The translations under genes and the position numbers were made by a program. From Longivirga aurantiaca (GTDB lineage: Bacteria; Actinomycetota; Actinomycetes; S36-B12; CAIYMF01): a stretch of DNA of 15,285 nt. Shown here piece after piece: positions 1 through 7,641 of the stretch. Each line of letters begins with the position of its first letter. Positions within the stretch are counted from its first letter, which is position 1. Below the pieces are notes generated by a model that searched no databases, was not told where the DNA came from, and saw nothing but the letters and a program-made list of their open reading frames with translations. Location: contig NZ_JBHSTI010000065.1 in NCBI RefSeq assembly GCF_042660085.1, positions 1 through 15,285 of the forward strand, given 5' to 3'.

Positions 1-12
1 CGACGCGGTCGC

Positions 13-1854
13 CTAGAAGGCGGCCTCGTCGACGTCCATGAGGTCGTTGTCCGCGGCCTCGGCGATGGTGCGCTCGGCCGTGAGCAGCGGGAAGCGCTGC
101 GCCGCGAAGAACTTCGCCGCAGCGATCTTGCCGGTGTAGAAGTCGCGGTCCTTGTCCGACACGTCGCCGGCGAGGGCCTCCACCGCGACAGCCGCCTGGC
201 GCAGGAGCAGCCAGCCGATGATGAGGTCGCCGAGGCAGAGCAGCAGGCGTGTGGTGTGCTGTCCGACCTTGTAGAGCTCGGTCTTGTCCTGCTGCGACTT
301 CATCGCGTAGCCGCCGAGCGTGCCGACGATGCCCTGCACGTCCTCGAGCGCCTTGCCCAGCATCTCGCGCTCCTTGGCGAGCTTGCCGTTGCCGGCGTCG
401 CCCTTGGCGAAGTCCTGGATCTCGCCGCCGACGCGCGTGAGCGCCTGGAACTGGTCGCGCACCATCTTGCGGAAGAACAGGTCGAGGCCCTGGATCGCCG
501 TGGTGCCCTCGTAGAGCGTGTCGATCTTGGAGTCGCGCATGTACTGCTCGATCGGGTAGTCCTGCAGGAAGCCCGAGCCGCCGAGCGTCTGCAGCGACTG
601 CGTGAGCTGCTCGAACGAGCGCTCCGAGCCGACGCCCTTCACGATCGGGAGCAGCAGGTCGTTGACGCGCTCGGCGAGGTCGAGGTCGACCTCGGCGTCG
701 CCGCCGAGCAGGTTGAGCTCGACCTGGTCCTGCCACCACGCCGTGTAGTGCACGAGAGCGCGCATGCCCTCGGCGTACGACTTCTGCAGCATGAGGCTGC
801 GGCGGACGTCGGGGTGGTGCGTGATGGTCACGCGCGGCGCGTCCTTGTCGGCGAACTCGGCGAGGTCGCCGCCCTGCACGCGGTTCTTGGCGTACTCGAG
901 GGCGTTCAGGTAACCGGTCGACAGCGTGGCGATCGCCTTGGTGCCCACCATCATCCGGGCGTACTCGATGACCTTGAACATCTGCGCGATGCCGTCGTGC
1001 ACGTCGCCCACGAGCCAGCCGACAGCCGGCTCCTTGTCGCCGAAGGTGAGCTCGCAGGTCGTGGAGACCTTGATGCCCATCTTCTTCTCGACGTTGGTCG
1101 TGTAGACGCCGTTGCGCTCGCCGGTGAGCTCACCCGTCGCGTGGTCGAAGTGGAACTTCGGGACGACGAACAGCGAGAGGCCCTTCGTGCCGCCGCGCGC
1201 GCCCTCGGGGCGCGCGAGCACCAGGTGCACGATGTTCTCGGTCATGTCGTGCTCGGCGGAGGTGATGAACCGCTTCACGCCGGTGATGTGCCAGGTGCCG
1301 TCGGCCTGCTGCACGGCCTTGGTGCGGCCGGCGCCGACGTCGGAGCCGGCGTCGGGCTCGGTGAGCACCATGGTGGCGCCCCACTGGCGCTCGATCATGA
1401 TCTGGGCGATCTTCTTCTGCTCCTCGTTGCCGAGGTGGTCGAGGATCGCGGCGAAGCCGGGGCCCGACATGTACATGAACGCCGGCGGGTTGGCGCCGAG
1501 CATGAGCTCGCTCGCGGCCCAGCGCAGCGAGGGCGGGGCGCCCGGGCCGCCGAGGTGCTTGGGCAGGTCGAGGGTCCAGAAGTGGGAGTCCATCAGCGCC
1601 TTGTACGACGCCTTGAAGCCCTCGGGCATCGTGACCGTGCAGGCGACCGGGTCGTAGACCGGCGGGGTGCGGTCGGCCTCGACGAACGACGCGGCCAGCG
1701 GGCCGGTCGCGAGGCGCTCGACCTCGACGAGGGTGTGCCGCGCGGTCTCGACGTCGAGGTCGGCGAACGGGCCGTGGCCCAGCCTGTCCTGCGCCCCGAA
1801 GACCTCGAAGAGGTTGAACTCGATGTCGCGCAGGTTGGACTTGTAGTGGCTCAT
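13..1854 (-). CDS. fadE: Long-form acyl-CoA dehydrogenase (FadE5-like, 613 aa)
   Basis: Complete ORF with TAG at 13-15 and ATG at 1854, and GGGAG about 9 nt upstream. The N-terminus [20 protein letters not shown] is characteristic of the long actinobacterial FadE5-type acyl-CoA dehydrogenases. It has an internal [11 protein letters not shown] motif and an extra C-terminal helical region. The overlapping 553-aa plus-strand ORF is low-complexity shadow. Confidence 0.9.
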   Translation of the reverse strand: MSHYKSNLRDIEFNLFEVFGAQDRLGHGPFADLDVETARHTLVEVERLATGPLAASFVEADRTPPVYDPVACTVTMPEGFKASYKALMDSHFWTLDLPKHLGGPGAPPSLRWAASELMLGANPPAFMYMSGPGFAAILDHLGNEEQKKIAQIMIERQWGATMVLTEPDAGSDVGAGRTKAVQQADGTWHITGVKRFITSAEHDMTENIVHLVLARPEGARGGTKGLSLFVVPKFHFDHATGELTGERNGVYTTNVEKKMGIKVSTTCELTFGDKEPAVGWLVGDVHDGIAQMFKVIEYARMMVGTKAIATLSTGYLNALEYAKNRVQGGDLAEFADKDAPRVTITHHPDVRRSLMLQKSYAEGMRALVHYTAWWQDQVELNLLGGDAEVDLDLAERVNDLLLPIVKGVGSERSFEQLTQSLQTLGGSGFLQDYPIEQYMRDSKIDTLYEGTTAIQGLDLFFRKMVRDQFQALTRVGGEIQDFAKGDAGNGKLAKEREMLGKALEDVQGIVGTLGGYAMKSQQDKTELYKVGQHTTRLLLCLGDLIIGWLLLRQAAVAVEALAGDVSDKDRDFYTGKIAAAKFFAAQRFPLLTAERTIAEAADNDLMDVDEAAF

Positions 1855-1894
1855 GGCCCGGTCTCCCGTGTTCGGCCAGCCGGGAGCGGCTGGC

Positions 1895-1934
1895 GGTTAC
1901 CCGTCGGTAACCCATGATGCTACCGACCGGTAAC
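1895..1934. promoter_or_regulatory. Two tandem operator-like palindromes (GTTACC-N4-GGTAAC type) upstream of fadE
   Basis: GGTTACC-CGTC-GGTAACC at 1895-1912 has perfect 7-bp arms. GCTACC-GACC-GGTAAC at 1919-1934 has one mismatch. Centres are 23 bp apart, and the sites lie 41-80 bp upstream of the fadE start codon at 1854. Confidence 0.45.
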
Positions 1935-1994
1935 TCCCGCAAGACCACCCGGGTCACGAATCCGCTGAGAGCGCGTCGTCGCAGGTCAGAGCCC

Positions 1995-2056
1995 CGAGTT
2001 ACTGCCCACAGTGGGGTGTTGAACGCGCCTGTAGCCCCACTTCGGGCAGTAGCTCG
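1995..2056 (-). terminator. Long imperfect hairpin downstream of the ABC operon (candidate intrinsic terminator / insulator)
   Basis: Arm 2000-2016 (TACTGCCCACAGTGGGG) pairs with 2035-2051 (CCCCACTTCGGGCAGTA) as 8+7 bp around a 2x2 internal loop. The stem is extended by 1995-1998/2053-2056, and the loop is 18 nt. It starts 14 nt after the permease stop (2070). There is no U-tract, as is common in high-GC actinobacteria. Confidence 0.4.
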
Positions 2057-2069
2057 CGCACGGTCCAGC

Positions 2070-3662
2070 TCACACGGGGGTGTCGCGGCGGCGCCAGCCC
2101 GCGAGCCCGACGAGCGACAGGGCGACGGCGATGAGCAGGAGCGAGGCCAGCGGGACGACGGCGTCGCCCGTGACGGGCAGCCGCGGCGACCAGTGCAGCG
2201 GGGACAGGCCCATCAGCCATCCGGGCGCCCCCCACAGCGATCCGAACTCGCCGAGCGCCACGAACGCCACGAGCAGCCCCCACGCCAGACCCGAAGCGCG
2301 GGGGACCCACCCGAAGAGGAGCAGGACGAGGCTGGTCACGACCCAGGCGGCGGGCACCTGGGCAAGCCCCGCAACCACGATGCGCGAGATCTGCCCGGTG
2401 TCGCCGAGGGACTGCGCCGCCGCGGCACCGAGTGCGAGGCCGACCAGCAGCATCAGCGCCGCGACGCCGCACCATGCGATGACGTAGTGGCTCAGCGCCC
2501 ACCGCGTGCGCGTCGTCGAGGTGGCGAGCAGAGGCTCGAGCCGGCCCTCGACCTCTTCCGAGCGCAACCGCTCGGCGGCCGATATGCCGTACGCCGCAGC
2601 GATGGCGCCGATGATCGCGACCTCCGCGCCGAGGAACCCGTCGACCAGGATGCCGGAGCCGCCGATCTTGTCGAAGAGCTCGCGCATCTCCTCCGACGTG
2701 ATGAGGTCGTCGACGGTGCTGGCCAACGAACCGAGCAGCGCACCGAACACCACGAACGCGGTCGCCCATGCGATGAGCGAGCGCCCCTGCAGGCGCCACG
2801 CCAGCGACCCGATCCCGGACAGTGCTCCGCGCGCAGGCCCTCGCCGGTCCGCGCGCAGGCCCGCCCCGAGGTCGCGAGCGGCCCTCAGCCGGTAGGCGAC
2901 CGCCATCAGGACCGCCGTCACCAGCAGGGGGAGGAGAAGGACCGACCAGCGATCACCGGCGTACGCGCGCAGCTGCTGGTTCCACCCGATCGGCGACAGC
3001 CACGACAGCCACGACGGGCCCGGCTCGGCGAGATCGCCGACGGCGCGCAGCCCGTAGGTCACCGCGATCACGAGGAGCCCGATCCCGCGTGCAGTCCGGG
3101 CGTTCGTCGTCAGCTGCGCGACCACTGCGCCCACGGAGGCGTACACGATGCCCGTTGCCGCCCATCCGGCACCGAACGCGAGCGATCCCACGAACGGCAG
3201 CCCGGACGCAGTGTTGGCGATGGTGGTGAGTACGCCGATGGACACGCTGGCGATGGCCGCGAGCAGGAGGGCGGCCGTCAGGGGCGCATCGCGGCCGAGG
3301 CGGCCTCCGCTGAGCAGCTCCAGCCGACCCGGTTCCTCCTCCGCCCGGGTGTGCCGGATCACCAGGAACAGCATGACGATTCCGATGATCGCGGCGCCGA
3401 ACGCGGTGAGCTTGATCATCGAGAGCGCACCGATCGACTGCGGGTCGTAGACCCGGCCGTACAGCGCGACGATCGCTGCGGAGGAGTTGATCGCCTCTGC
3501 GGCGACCAGCCGCTGCTCCTCGGTCGGGTACAGGTCGACTGTCGCCGCCGCGGAGAGCCCTGCCATCCCTGCCATGCCGAGCACCCACGCCGGCACGAGG
3601 ATGCGGTCGCGCCGCGCGGCCAGGCGCAGCATCGTGCCGAGGCCGGCCTGCGTGTCAGGCAT
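2070..3662 (-). CDS. ABC-2 type exporter permease (about 530 aa, multi-pass, two repeated halves)
   Basis: The protein is strongly hydrophobic with many predicted TM helices. The chosen ATG at 3662-3660 (MPDTQAGLGTMLRLAARRDRILVPAW...) overlaps the upstream ATPase stop (3657-3655) by 8 nt (ATGCCTGA), indicating translational coupling. The extra 25 codons in the track ORF (to 3737) are Arg/Ser-rich and lie inside the ATPase gene. Confidence 0.8.
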   Translation of the reverse strand: MPDTQAGLGTMLRLAARRDRILVPAWVLGMAGMAGLSAAATVDLYPTEEQRLVAAEAINSSAAIVALYGRVYDPQSIGALSMIKLTAFGAAIIGIVMLFLVIRHTRAEEEPGRLELLSGGRLGRDAPLTAALLLAAIASVSIGVLTTIANTASGLPFVGSLAFGAGWAATGIVYASVGAVVAQLTTNARTARGIGLLVIAVTYGLRAVGDLAEPGPSWLSWLSPIGWNQQLRAYAGDRWSVLLLPLLVTAVLMAVAYRLRAARDLGAGLRADRRGPARGALSGIGSLAWRLQGRSLIAWATAFVVFGALLGSLASTVDDLITSEEMRELFDKIGGSGILVDGFLGAEVAIIGAIAAAYGISAAERLRSEEVEGRLEPLLATSTTRTRWALSHYVIAWCGVAALMLLVGLALGAAAAQSLGDTGQISRIVVAGLAQVPAAWVVTSLVLLLFGWVPRASGLAWGLLVAFVALGEFGSLWGAPGWLMGLSPLHWSPRLPVTGDAVVPLASLLLIAVALSLVGLAGWRRRDTPV

Positions 3663-4569
3663 CCGGTGCCGCCTCCGTCGTCGCCAGCTCGTAGTGGCCG
3701 AGGAACAGCTCCTCCAACGACGGCGGGCGGCTCTCAAGCGTGACGATCCCTGCCGCCGCGAGGTGCGACACCAGCTCGTTGAGCGCCCGAGGCTCGACGG
3801 TGCAGTGCAGCTCGTTGCCCTGATGGCGGACGTCGTGGAGCCCGTCGACGTCCTCGATGCCGTGCAACGTGTGCTCGGTGACGGCCACGACGGTCATGCG
3901 CTGCAGGTGCCGGAGGTCGGCGAGCGAGCCGGTCTCCACGGTGCGACCCGCACGGACGATCGACACGCGGTCGCACACGGCGTCGACCTCGGCGAGCACA
4001 TGGCTGGACAGCAGCACTGTCCGGCCGTCGGTGCGCAGCCGCCGGACGTAGCCGCGGAAGCTCTCCTCCATCAGCGGGTCGAGGCCGCTCGTCGGCTCGT
4101 CGAGGAGGAATACCTCGGCGTCCGAGGCGAGGGCGGCGACGAGGGCGACCTTCTGGCGGTTGCCCTTCGAGTACGACCGCGACTTCTTCGTGGGGTCGAG
4201 CTCGAACATCTCGAGCAGCTCGTCACGCCGGGTCCGGTCGTGGCCGCCCTGCAGCCGCCCCATGAGGTCGATGACCTCGCCGCCGGTGAGGTTGGGCCAG
4301 AGCGCGACATCGCCCGGGACGTAGGCCAGGCGCGCGTGCAACGCGGTGCTGTCGCGCCAGGGGTCCATGCCGAGCACGACCGCTGCCCCCGCATCGGCCC
4401 GGGCCGTGCCCAGCATCACGCGCAAGGTCGTCGTCTTCCCCGCGCCGTTCGGGCCGAGGAACCCGTGCACCTCGCCGCGGCGTACCTGCAGGTCGAGGCC
4501 GTCGAGCGCCTTCGTCGTCCCGTAGTGCTTGACGAGGCCCTGGATGTCGATGACTACGTCTGTGCCCAC
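3655..4569 (-). CDS. ABC transporter ATP-binding protein (304 aa)
   Basis: It has Walker A GPNGAGKTT, signature-like YSKGNRQKV, and Walker B VFLLDEPTSGLD followed by an H-loop SSHVL. The GTG start at 4569 has AGGAAGGA 4-5 nt upstream. Confidence 0.92.
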   Translation of the reverse strand: MGTDVVIDIQGLVKHYGTTKALDGLDLQVRRGEVHGFLGPNGAGKTTTLRVMLGTARADAGAAVVLGMDPWRDSTALHARLAYVPGDVALWPNLTGGEVIDLMGRLQGGHDRTRRDELLEMFELDPTKKSRSYSKGNRQKVALVAALASDAEVFLLDEPTSGLDPLMEESFRGYVRRLRTDGRTVLLSSHVLAEVDAVCDRVSIVRAGRTVETGSLADLRHLQRMTVVAVTEHTLHGIEDVDGLHDVRHQGNELHCTVEPRALNELVSHLAAAGIVTLESRPPSLEELFLGHYELATTEAAPDA

Positions 4570-4836
4570 GCGTCCTTCCTACTCCTCCATGGACGCCGAT
4601 GGGGCAGCAGCAGAAACCGACGAGACGACAGGGCGATCCCGGGCCTACCGTGGTGTCGAGAGCGCGCCGTCCGGCGCCGCACCTGAGGAGGACGTCATGG
4701 CTGCCCGAATCTCTGCCGGCGTCCCCGGGATCGCCTGCGGCTGAGCCGTTCTCGCTCGCCGTACCTCCCGCTCGACCCCGGCCTCCCCGACCGCAGCCCG
4801 CGCGCACGGCGCAGCGGGCCCACCGCTGGAGCCCAG

Positions 4837-5886
4837 GTGTCCACTGCTGTCCCGTCCCTCGCCGATCTCGGCTGGGACCCGTCCTTCCTCCCCGATCCGT
4901 CCGACGACGACGTCCGCCCAGCGCGCGTCACGCTGCAGGGCCGCGACGTGTGGCGCGTGCACGACGGCGCAGCCGAGCACAGCGTCGGGGTCCGCGGCCG
5001 GCTGCGTGCCGAGCCCGGGTCGTTGCCCGTCGCGGGCGACTGGGTGCTGCTCGCCGGCGGTGCCGCCGACCCCGTGATCGAGGCCGTGCTGCCCCGCCGT
5101 ACGACGCTCGCGCGCAAGCAGGCCGGGCAGCGCACGGTCGAGCAGGTGATCGCCGCGAACGTCGACCTGGTGCTCGTCTGCGCCCCGGCGCACTCGCTCA
5201 ACGCCCGACGCCTCGAGCGCGAGCTCACCGTCGTCTGGGAGTCGGGCGCGATGCCGGTCGTGGTCGTCACGAAGTCCGACCTCCTGCACGGCGACGTCGC
5301 GCAGACGCTCGACGAGGTGCGCTCCGTCGCGATCGGGGTCGAGGTGCTCGCGGTGTCGTCGTACGACGGCGACGGCCTCGACGTCGTGCGCGCGCTCATC
5401 CCGCCCGGCGTCACCGGCGCTGCGATCGGGCCGTCGGGCGCAGGGAAGTCGACGCTCGTGAACGCGCTCGTCGGCCATGAGGTGCTGGCCACCACCGCGG
5501 TGCGCAGCGACAACCGCGGAGTACACACGACGTCGGCCCGGCACCTGGTGCCGCTGCCAGGCGGCGGCCTGGTGCTCGACACCCCGGGGATGCGCGAGCT
5601 GGTGATCTGGGCCGACGACGACGCGCTCGAGGCGACGTTCGTCGACGTCGACACGCTCGCCGCCGGCTGCCGCTTCAGCGACTGCGGCCACCACTCGGAG
5701 CCGGGGTGCGCGGTGCTCGCCGCGGTCGAGGCTGGCGAGCTCGACGAGGACCGCCTCGAGTCGTGGCGCAAGCTGCAGCGCGAGCTCGCGCACCTCGCCC
5801 GCAAGCAGGACGCACGGCTCGCCTCGGAGGAGCGCAGGCGCTGGGCCCAGCTGACGCGCGAGGGCCGCTCGCGCTCCCGCCCCTGA
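4837..5886 (+). CDS. rsgA: Ribosome small-subunit-dependent GTPase A (RsgA/YjeQ)
   Basis: The GTPase motifs are in circularly permuted order: VTKSDL (G4), GPSGAGKSTLVNAL (G1), DTPG (G3). The C-terminal zinc knuckle is CRFSDCGHHSEPGCAV. The GTG start at 4837 has GGAG 5 nt upstream. Confidence 0.9.
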   Translation: MSTAVPSLADLGWDPSFLPDPSDDDVRPARVTLQGRDVWRVHDGAAEHSVGVRGRLRAEPGSLPVAGDWVLLAGGAADPVIEAVLPRRTTLARKQAGQRTVEQVIAANVDLVLVCAPAHSLNARRLERELTVVWESGAMPVVVVTKSDLLHGDVAQTLDEVRSVAIGVEVLAVSSYDGDGLDVVRALIPPGVTGAAIGPSGAGKSTLVNALVGHEVLATTAVRSDNRGVHTTSARHLVPLPGGGLVLDTPGMRELVIWADDDALEATFVDVDTLAAGCRFSDCGHHSEPGCAVLAAVEAGELDEDRLESWRKLQRELAHLARKQDARLASEERRRWAQLTREGRSRSRP

Positions 5887-5887
5887 T

Positions 5888-5939
5888 CGATCTGGATGCC
5901 TCGGAGGCACCTAGAGCGGACTCTCAGGCATCCAGATCG
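5888..5939. terminator. Bidirectional hairpin between convergent rsgA and the AraC-family gene
   Basis: Perfect 14-bp inverted repeat CGATCTGGATGCCT (5888-5901) / AGGCATCCAGATCG (5926-5939) with a 24-nt loop. It sits between the rsgA stop (5886) and the regulator stop (5948). Confidence 0.6.
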
Positions 5940-5947
5940 GGTGAGGC

Positions 5948-6952
5948 TCAGGCGGTCTGGGCGTCGGTCTCGTCGGGGACGCAGCAGAACGTGCGGCGGT
6001 AGGCGAGCGGCGAGGTGCCGCGGATCCGGCCGAAGTGGTGGCGCAGGACGGTGCCCGAGCCGAAGCCGACCTTCGTGGCGATCTCGTCGACGCCGAGGGT
6101 GGTGTCCTCGAGGAGCCTGCTCGCGGCGTCGACTCTGCGGGAGATCAGCCAGGAGTACGGCGTGGTGCCCGCCTCCTCGCGGAAGCGCCGCGCGAAGGTG
6201 CGCGGGCTCATGAGCGCATGCTGCGCCATGTCGTCGACGCCGATCTCCTCGTCGAGGTGCGCGAGCATCCAGTCGAGCGTGGGGCCGAGGCCATCCTCGC
6301 TCGTGACGGGGATGGGCAGGGCGACGTACTGCGCCTGGCCGCCGTCGCGGTGCGGCGGCACCACCATGCGCCGCGCGATCGCGTTCGCGACGCGCGAGCC
6401 GTAGTCCTGGCGCACCACGTGCAGGCAGAGGTCGATGCCGGCCGCGGTGCCCGCGCTCGTGAGGATCTGGCCGTCCTCGACGTAGAGGACGTCGGGCTGC
6501 ACGTCGATCGTCGGGTAGCGCCGGGCGAAGTCCTCGACGTAGCGCCAGTGCGTCGTCGCCTTGCGCCCCTCGAGCAGTCCGGCGGCAGCGGCGACGTACG
6601 AGCCGGTGCACACGGTGAGGATGCGCGCGCCACGGGCCACGGCTGCATGCAGCGCCTCGACCACGTCGGGGGCGAGCACGAGGTCGACCCCGGGCTCCTC
6701 GTCGAGACCGAGGGCCGGGATGCAGATGATGTCCGCCGTCGCGACGCGGTCGAGCCGGTGCTCGGGCAGGAGGTCCATGCCGCCGTACGACGCGTGCACG
6801 CGCTCGTGCACCGAGGCGACGGCGAAGTCGAAGGCGGGCACGCCGTCCTCGGTGCGGTCGACGCCGAACACCTCGTAGACGACGCCGAGCTCGAACGGTG
6901 CGTACGTCTCGCCGACGAGCAGGGCGACGACGTCACGGGCGGGTGCGGCCAT
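5948..6952 (-). CDS. GlxA-type transcriptional regulator (N-terminal DJ-1/PfpI-like domain + C-terminal AraC HTH), 334 aa
   Basis: The N-terminal half has the DJ-1/PfpI nucleophile-elbow context (ILTVCTGSYVAAAAGLLEGRKATTHW). The C-terminal half has the AraC dual HTH (MSPRTFARRFREEAGTTPYSWLISRRV...IATKVGFGSGTVLRHHFGRIRGTSPLAYRRTF). Start chosen at ATG 6952 (MAAPARDVVALLVG...). ATG 6970 is possible, but its 6 extra codons have poor GC3. The track start at 7144 adds a Gly/Glu-rich, non-protein-like extension. Confidence 0.85.
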   Translation of the reverse strand: MAAPARDVVALLVGETYAPFELGVVYEVFGVDRTEDGVPAFDFAVASVHERVHASYGGMDLLPEHRLDRVATADIICIPALGLDEEPGVDLVLAPDVVEALHAAVARGARILTVCTGSYVAAAAGLLEGRKATTHWRYVEDFARRYPTIDVQPDVLYVEDGQILTSAGTAAGIDLCLHVVRQDYGSRVANAIARRMVVPPHRDGGQAQYVALPIPVTSEDGLGPTLDWMLAHLDEEIGVDDMAQHALMSPRTFARRFREEAGTTPYSWLISRRVDAASRLLEDTTLGVDEIATKVGFGSGTVLRHHFGRIRGTSPLAYRRTFCCVPDETDAQTA

Positions 6953-6970
6953 GGGAGGAGGATGCCGCAT

Positions 6971-7014
6971 CACTGGCAGGAAGTCTACGTGGACTGGCTT
7001 TCCTGCCACTGGTG
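6971..7014. promoter_or_regulatory. Inverted/direct repeat cluster in the divergent regulator / small-ORF promoter region
   Basis: Perfect 9-bp inverted repeat TGGCAGGAA (6974-6982) / TTCCTGCCA (7000-7008) with a 17-bp spacer. There are also direct repeats of CACTGG (6971-6976, 7008-7013) and ACTGGC (6972-6977, 6993-6998). Confidence 0.4.
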
Positions 7015-7045
7015 ACAGGATCCCTACGCGAGCAGGATTACTGCC

Positions 7046-7216
7046 ATGACCACCGCAGCGTTCCTCCTCCTCCTGCTGCTCGCGACCACCGCCCTCGCCG
7101 TGGTCGCCGTCGTCCGGGCCGTGCGCCGGGACCCCGCCCGTCACGTCCCGTGCTCCGCGTGCGACGCCTTCGCCCCCCGGTGGAACGACGGCGGCGTCGG
7201 CCGCTGGTCGGTCTGA
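7046..7216 (+). CDS. Small single-pass membrane protein (56 aa), not in the supplied ORF track
   Basis: Translated by hand: MTTAAFLLLLLLATTALAVVAVVRAVRRDPARHVPCSACDAFAPRWNDGGVGRWSV, stop TGA 7214-7216. By my count 53 of 55 post-ATG codons end in G/C, the same bias as the confirmed genes. It has one clear TM helix followed by a positive-inside RAVRR and a CxxC pair. AGGA lies about 8 nt upstream, and a strong hairpin lies 16 nt downstream. Confidence 0.6.
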   Translation: MTTAAFLLLLLLATTALAVVAVVRAVRRDPARHVPCSACDAFAPRWNDGGVGRWSV

Positions 7217-7231
7217 CCCGCCGCGGACCGA

Positions 7232-7264
7232 ACCGCCCGGACACGCACCGCGTGCCCGGGCGGT
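7232..7264. terminator. GC-rich hairpin downstream of the small TM ORF
   Basis: ACCGCCCGG (7232-7240) pairs with CCGGGCGGT (7256-7264). After a single A/C mismatch, CACGC (7242-7246) pairs with GCGTG (7250-7254) around a 3-nt loop, giving 14 bp in total. Confidence 0.5.
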
Positions 7265-7386
7265 CGCGCGTCAGACGACCGAGCCGTCCGGGGCCTCACC
7301 CGGGGAGGTGGTGCGTCGGACCCGTGCGGTGCGCTCGCGGCACGCGCAGAGCGTGGGCCGACGGGTACGCGGCGCCGCCTTCGTCG

Positions 7387-7505
7387 GCTGACACAGAGTG
7401 ACGATGAGTATGGGCCGTTCGGCTGACTGGGACACAGCGAGCAGATGAGGTTCGGGGAGCGGCACCTCTATGAACAGGGATGATTACACAGAGTGAAATA
7501 GCCGA
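7387..7505 (+). repeat. Degenerate direct repeats carrying the ACACAGAGTG(A) element in the leader of the secreted-protein gene
   Basis: The exact 11-mer ACACAGAGTGA occurs at 7391-7401 and 7486-7496. A degenerate copy ACACAG-CGAGCAG lies at 7432-7444. Units 7387-7420 and 7421-7460 both begin with GGCTGAC and contain GATGAG, consistent with an imperfect tandem duplication. Confidence 0.5.
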
Positions 7506-7641
7506 GAGAATGTGGAACTCACCGTGCGTAAGTGGTCGTCGAGGCGAAACAGTGGCCTTGCTTGAGCAAACCATGAGGTTGCGTGACGGGGACCCGCACC
7601 GCTGGCTCATGGACCAGTCCTAGGGGAAGGACGTCCATCGC

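Noticed and set aside
256-1917. Long alternative-frame and antisense ORFs throughout the window. Examples: 256-1917 (+), 1130-1957 (-), 1914-3743 (+), 3487-4686 (+), 4645-5910 (-), 4695-6611 (-), 6035-7015 (+), 7519-9750 (-), 9785-12187 (+), 10050-11018 (-), 13816-14727 (-), 13908-14849 (+), 14381-15217 (-).
   Set aside because: Their translations are Arg/Ala/Pro/Gly/His-rich low-complexity strings without any domain motif. Each overlaps an ORF that does carry clear family motifs and near-saturated GC3. This is the usual shadow-ORF artefact of high-GC DNA, where stop codons are rare.
3655-4569. Non-canonical ABC signature YSKGNRQK instead of LSGGQ in the ATPase.
   Set aside because: From established knowledge, SKGM/NxQ-type signatures are common in the ABC-2 (DrrA/CcmA-like) exporter subfamily. 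This is not an anomaly.
4589-4744. 51-codon ORF (MDADGAAAETDETTGRSRAYRGVESAPSGAAPEEDVMAARISAGVPGIACG) beside the ABC exporter. An acidic N-terminal part and a Cys-containing C-terminus give it a superficial resemblance to a RiPP precursor.
   Set aside because: There is no SD at 4589, which is the complement of the ATPase's own SD. GC3 is only about 73%, and no modifying enzymes (cyclase, dehydratase, radical SAM, etc.) are in the neighbourhood. Only the 15-codon SD-preceded version is kept, as a low-interest finding.
6962-7015. 17-codon Trp/His-rich sORF (MPHHWQEVYVDWLSCHW) on the + strand, preceded by GGGAGGAGG. It spans the inverted repeat and superficially resembles a leader peptide.
   Set aside because: The SD-like run abuts the ATG with at most 3 nt spacing. 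It is simply the complement of the pyrimidine tract at the regulator's 5' end. There is no downstream terminator/antiterminator alternative and no amino-acid biosynthesis genes nearby.
7271-7465. 64-codon minus-strand ORF (GTG 7465) convergent with the small TM ORF. Its stop lies 7 nt from the 7232-7264 hairpin, and its 3' two-thirds show about 87% GC3.
   Set aside because: There is no SD before either candidate GTG (7465 or 7435). The product is a basic, Arg/Thr/Pro-rich sequence with no fold-like pattern, and its 5' part lies in the lower-GC repeat region. It cannot be fully excluded, and Ribo-seq or conservation would decide, but I do not call it.
7519-7531. TCACCGTGCGTAA matching the loose BldD-box pattern TNAC-N5-GTNA. 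Also the GGAAC-N18-CGTC ECF-like promoter at 7514-7540.
   Set aside because: Both patterns carry little information and are expected by chance several times per 15 kb. They are mentioned only as hypotheses inside a finding and are not called as features.
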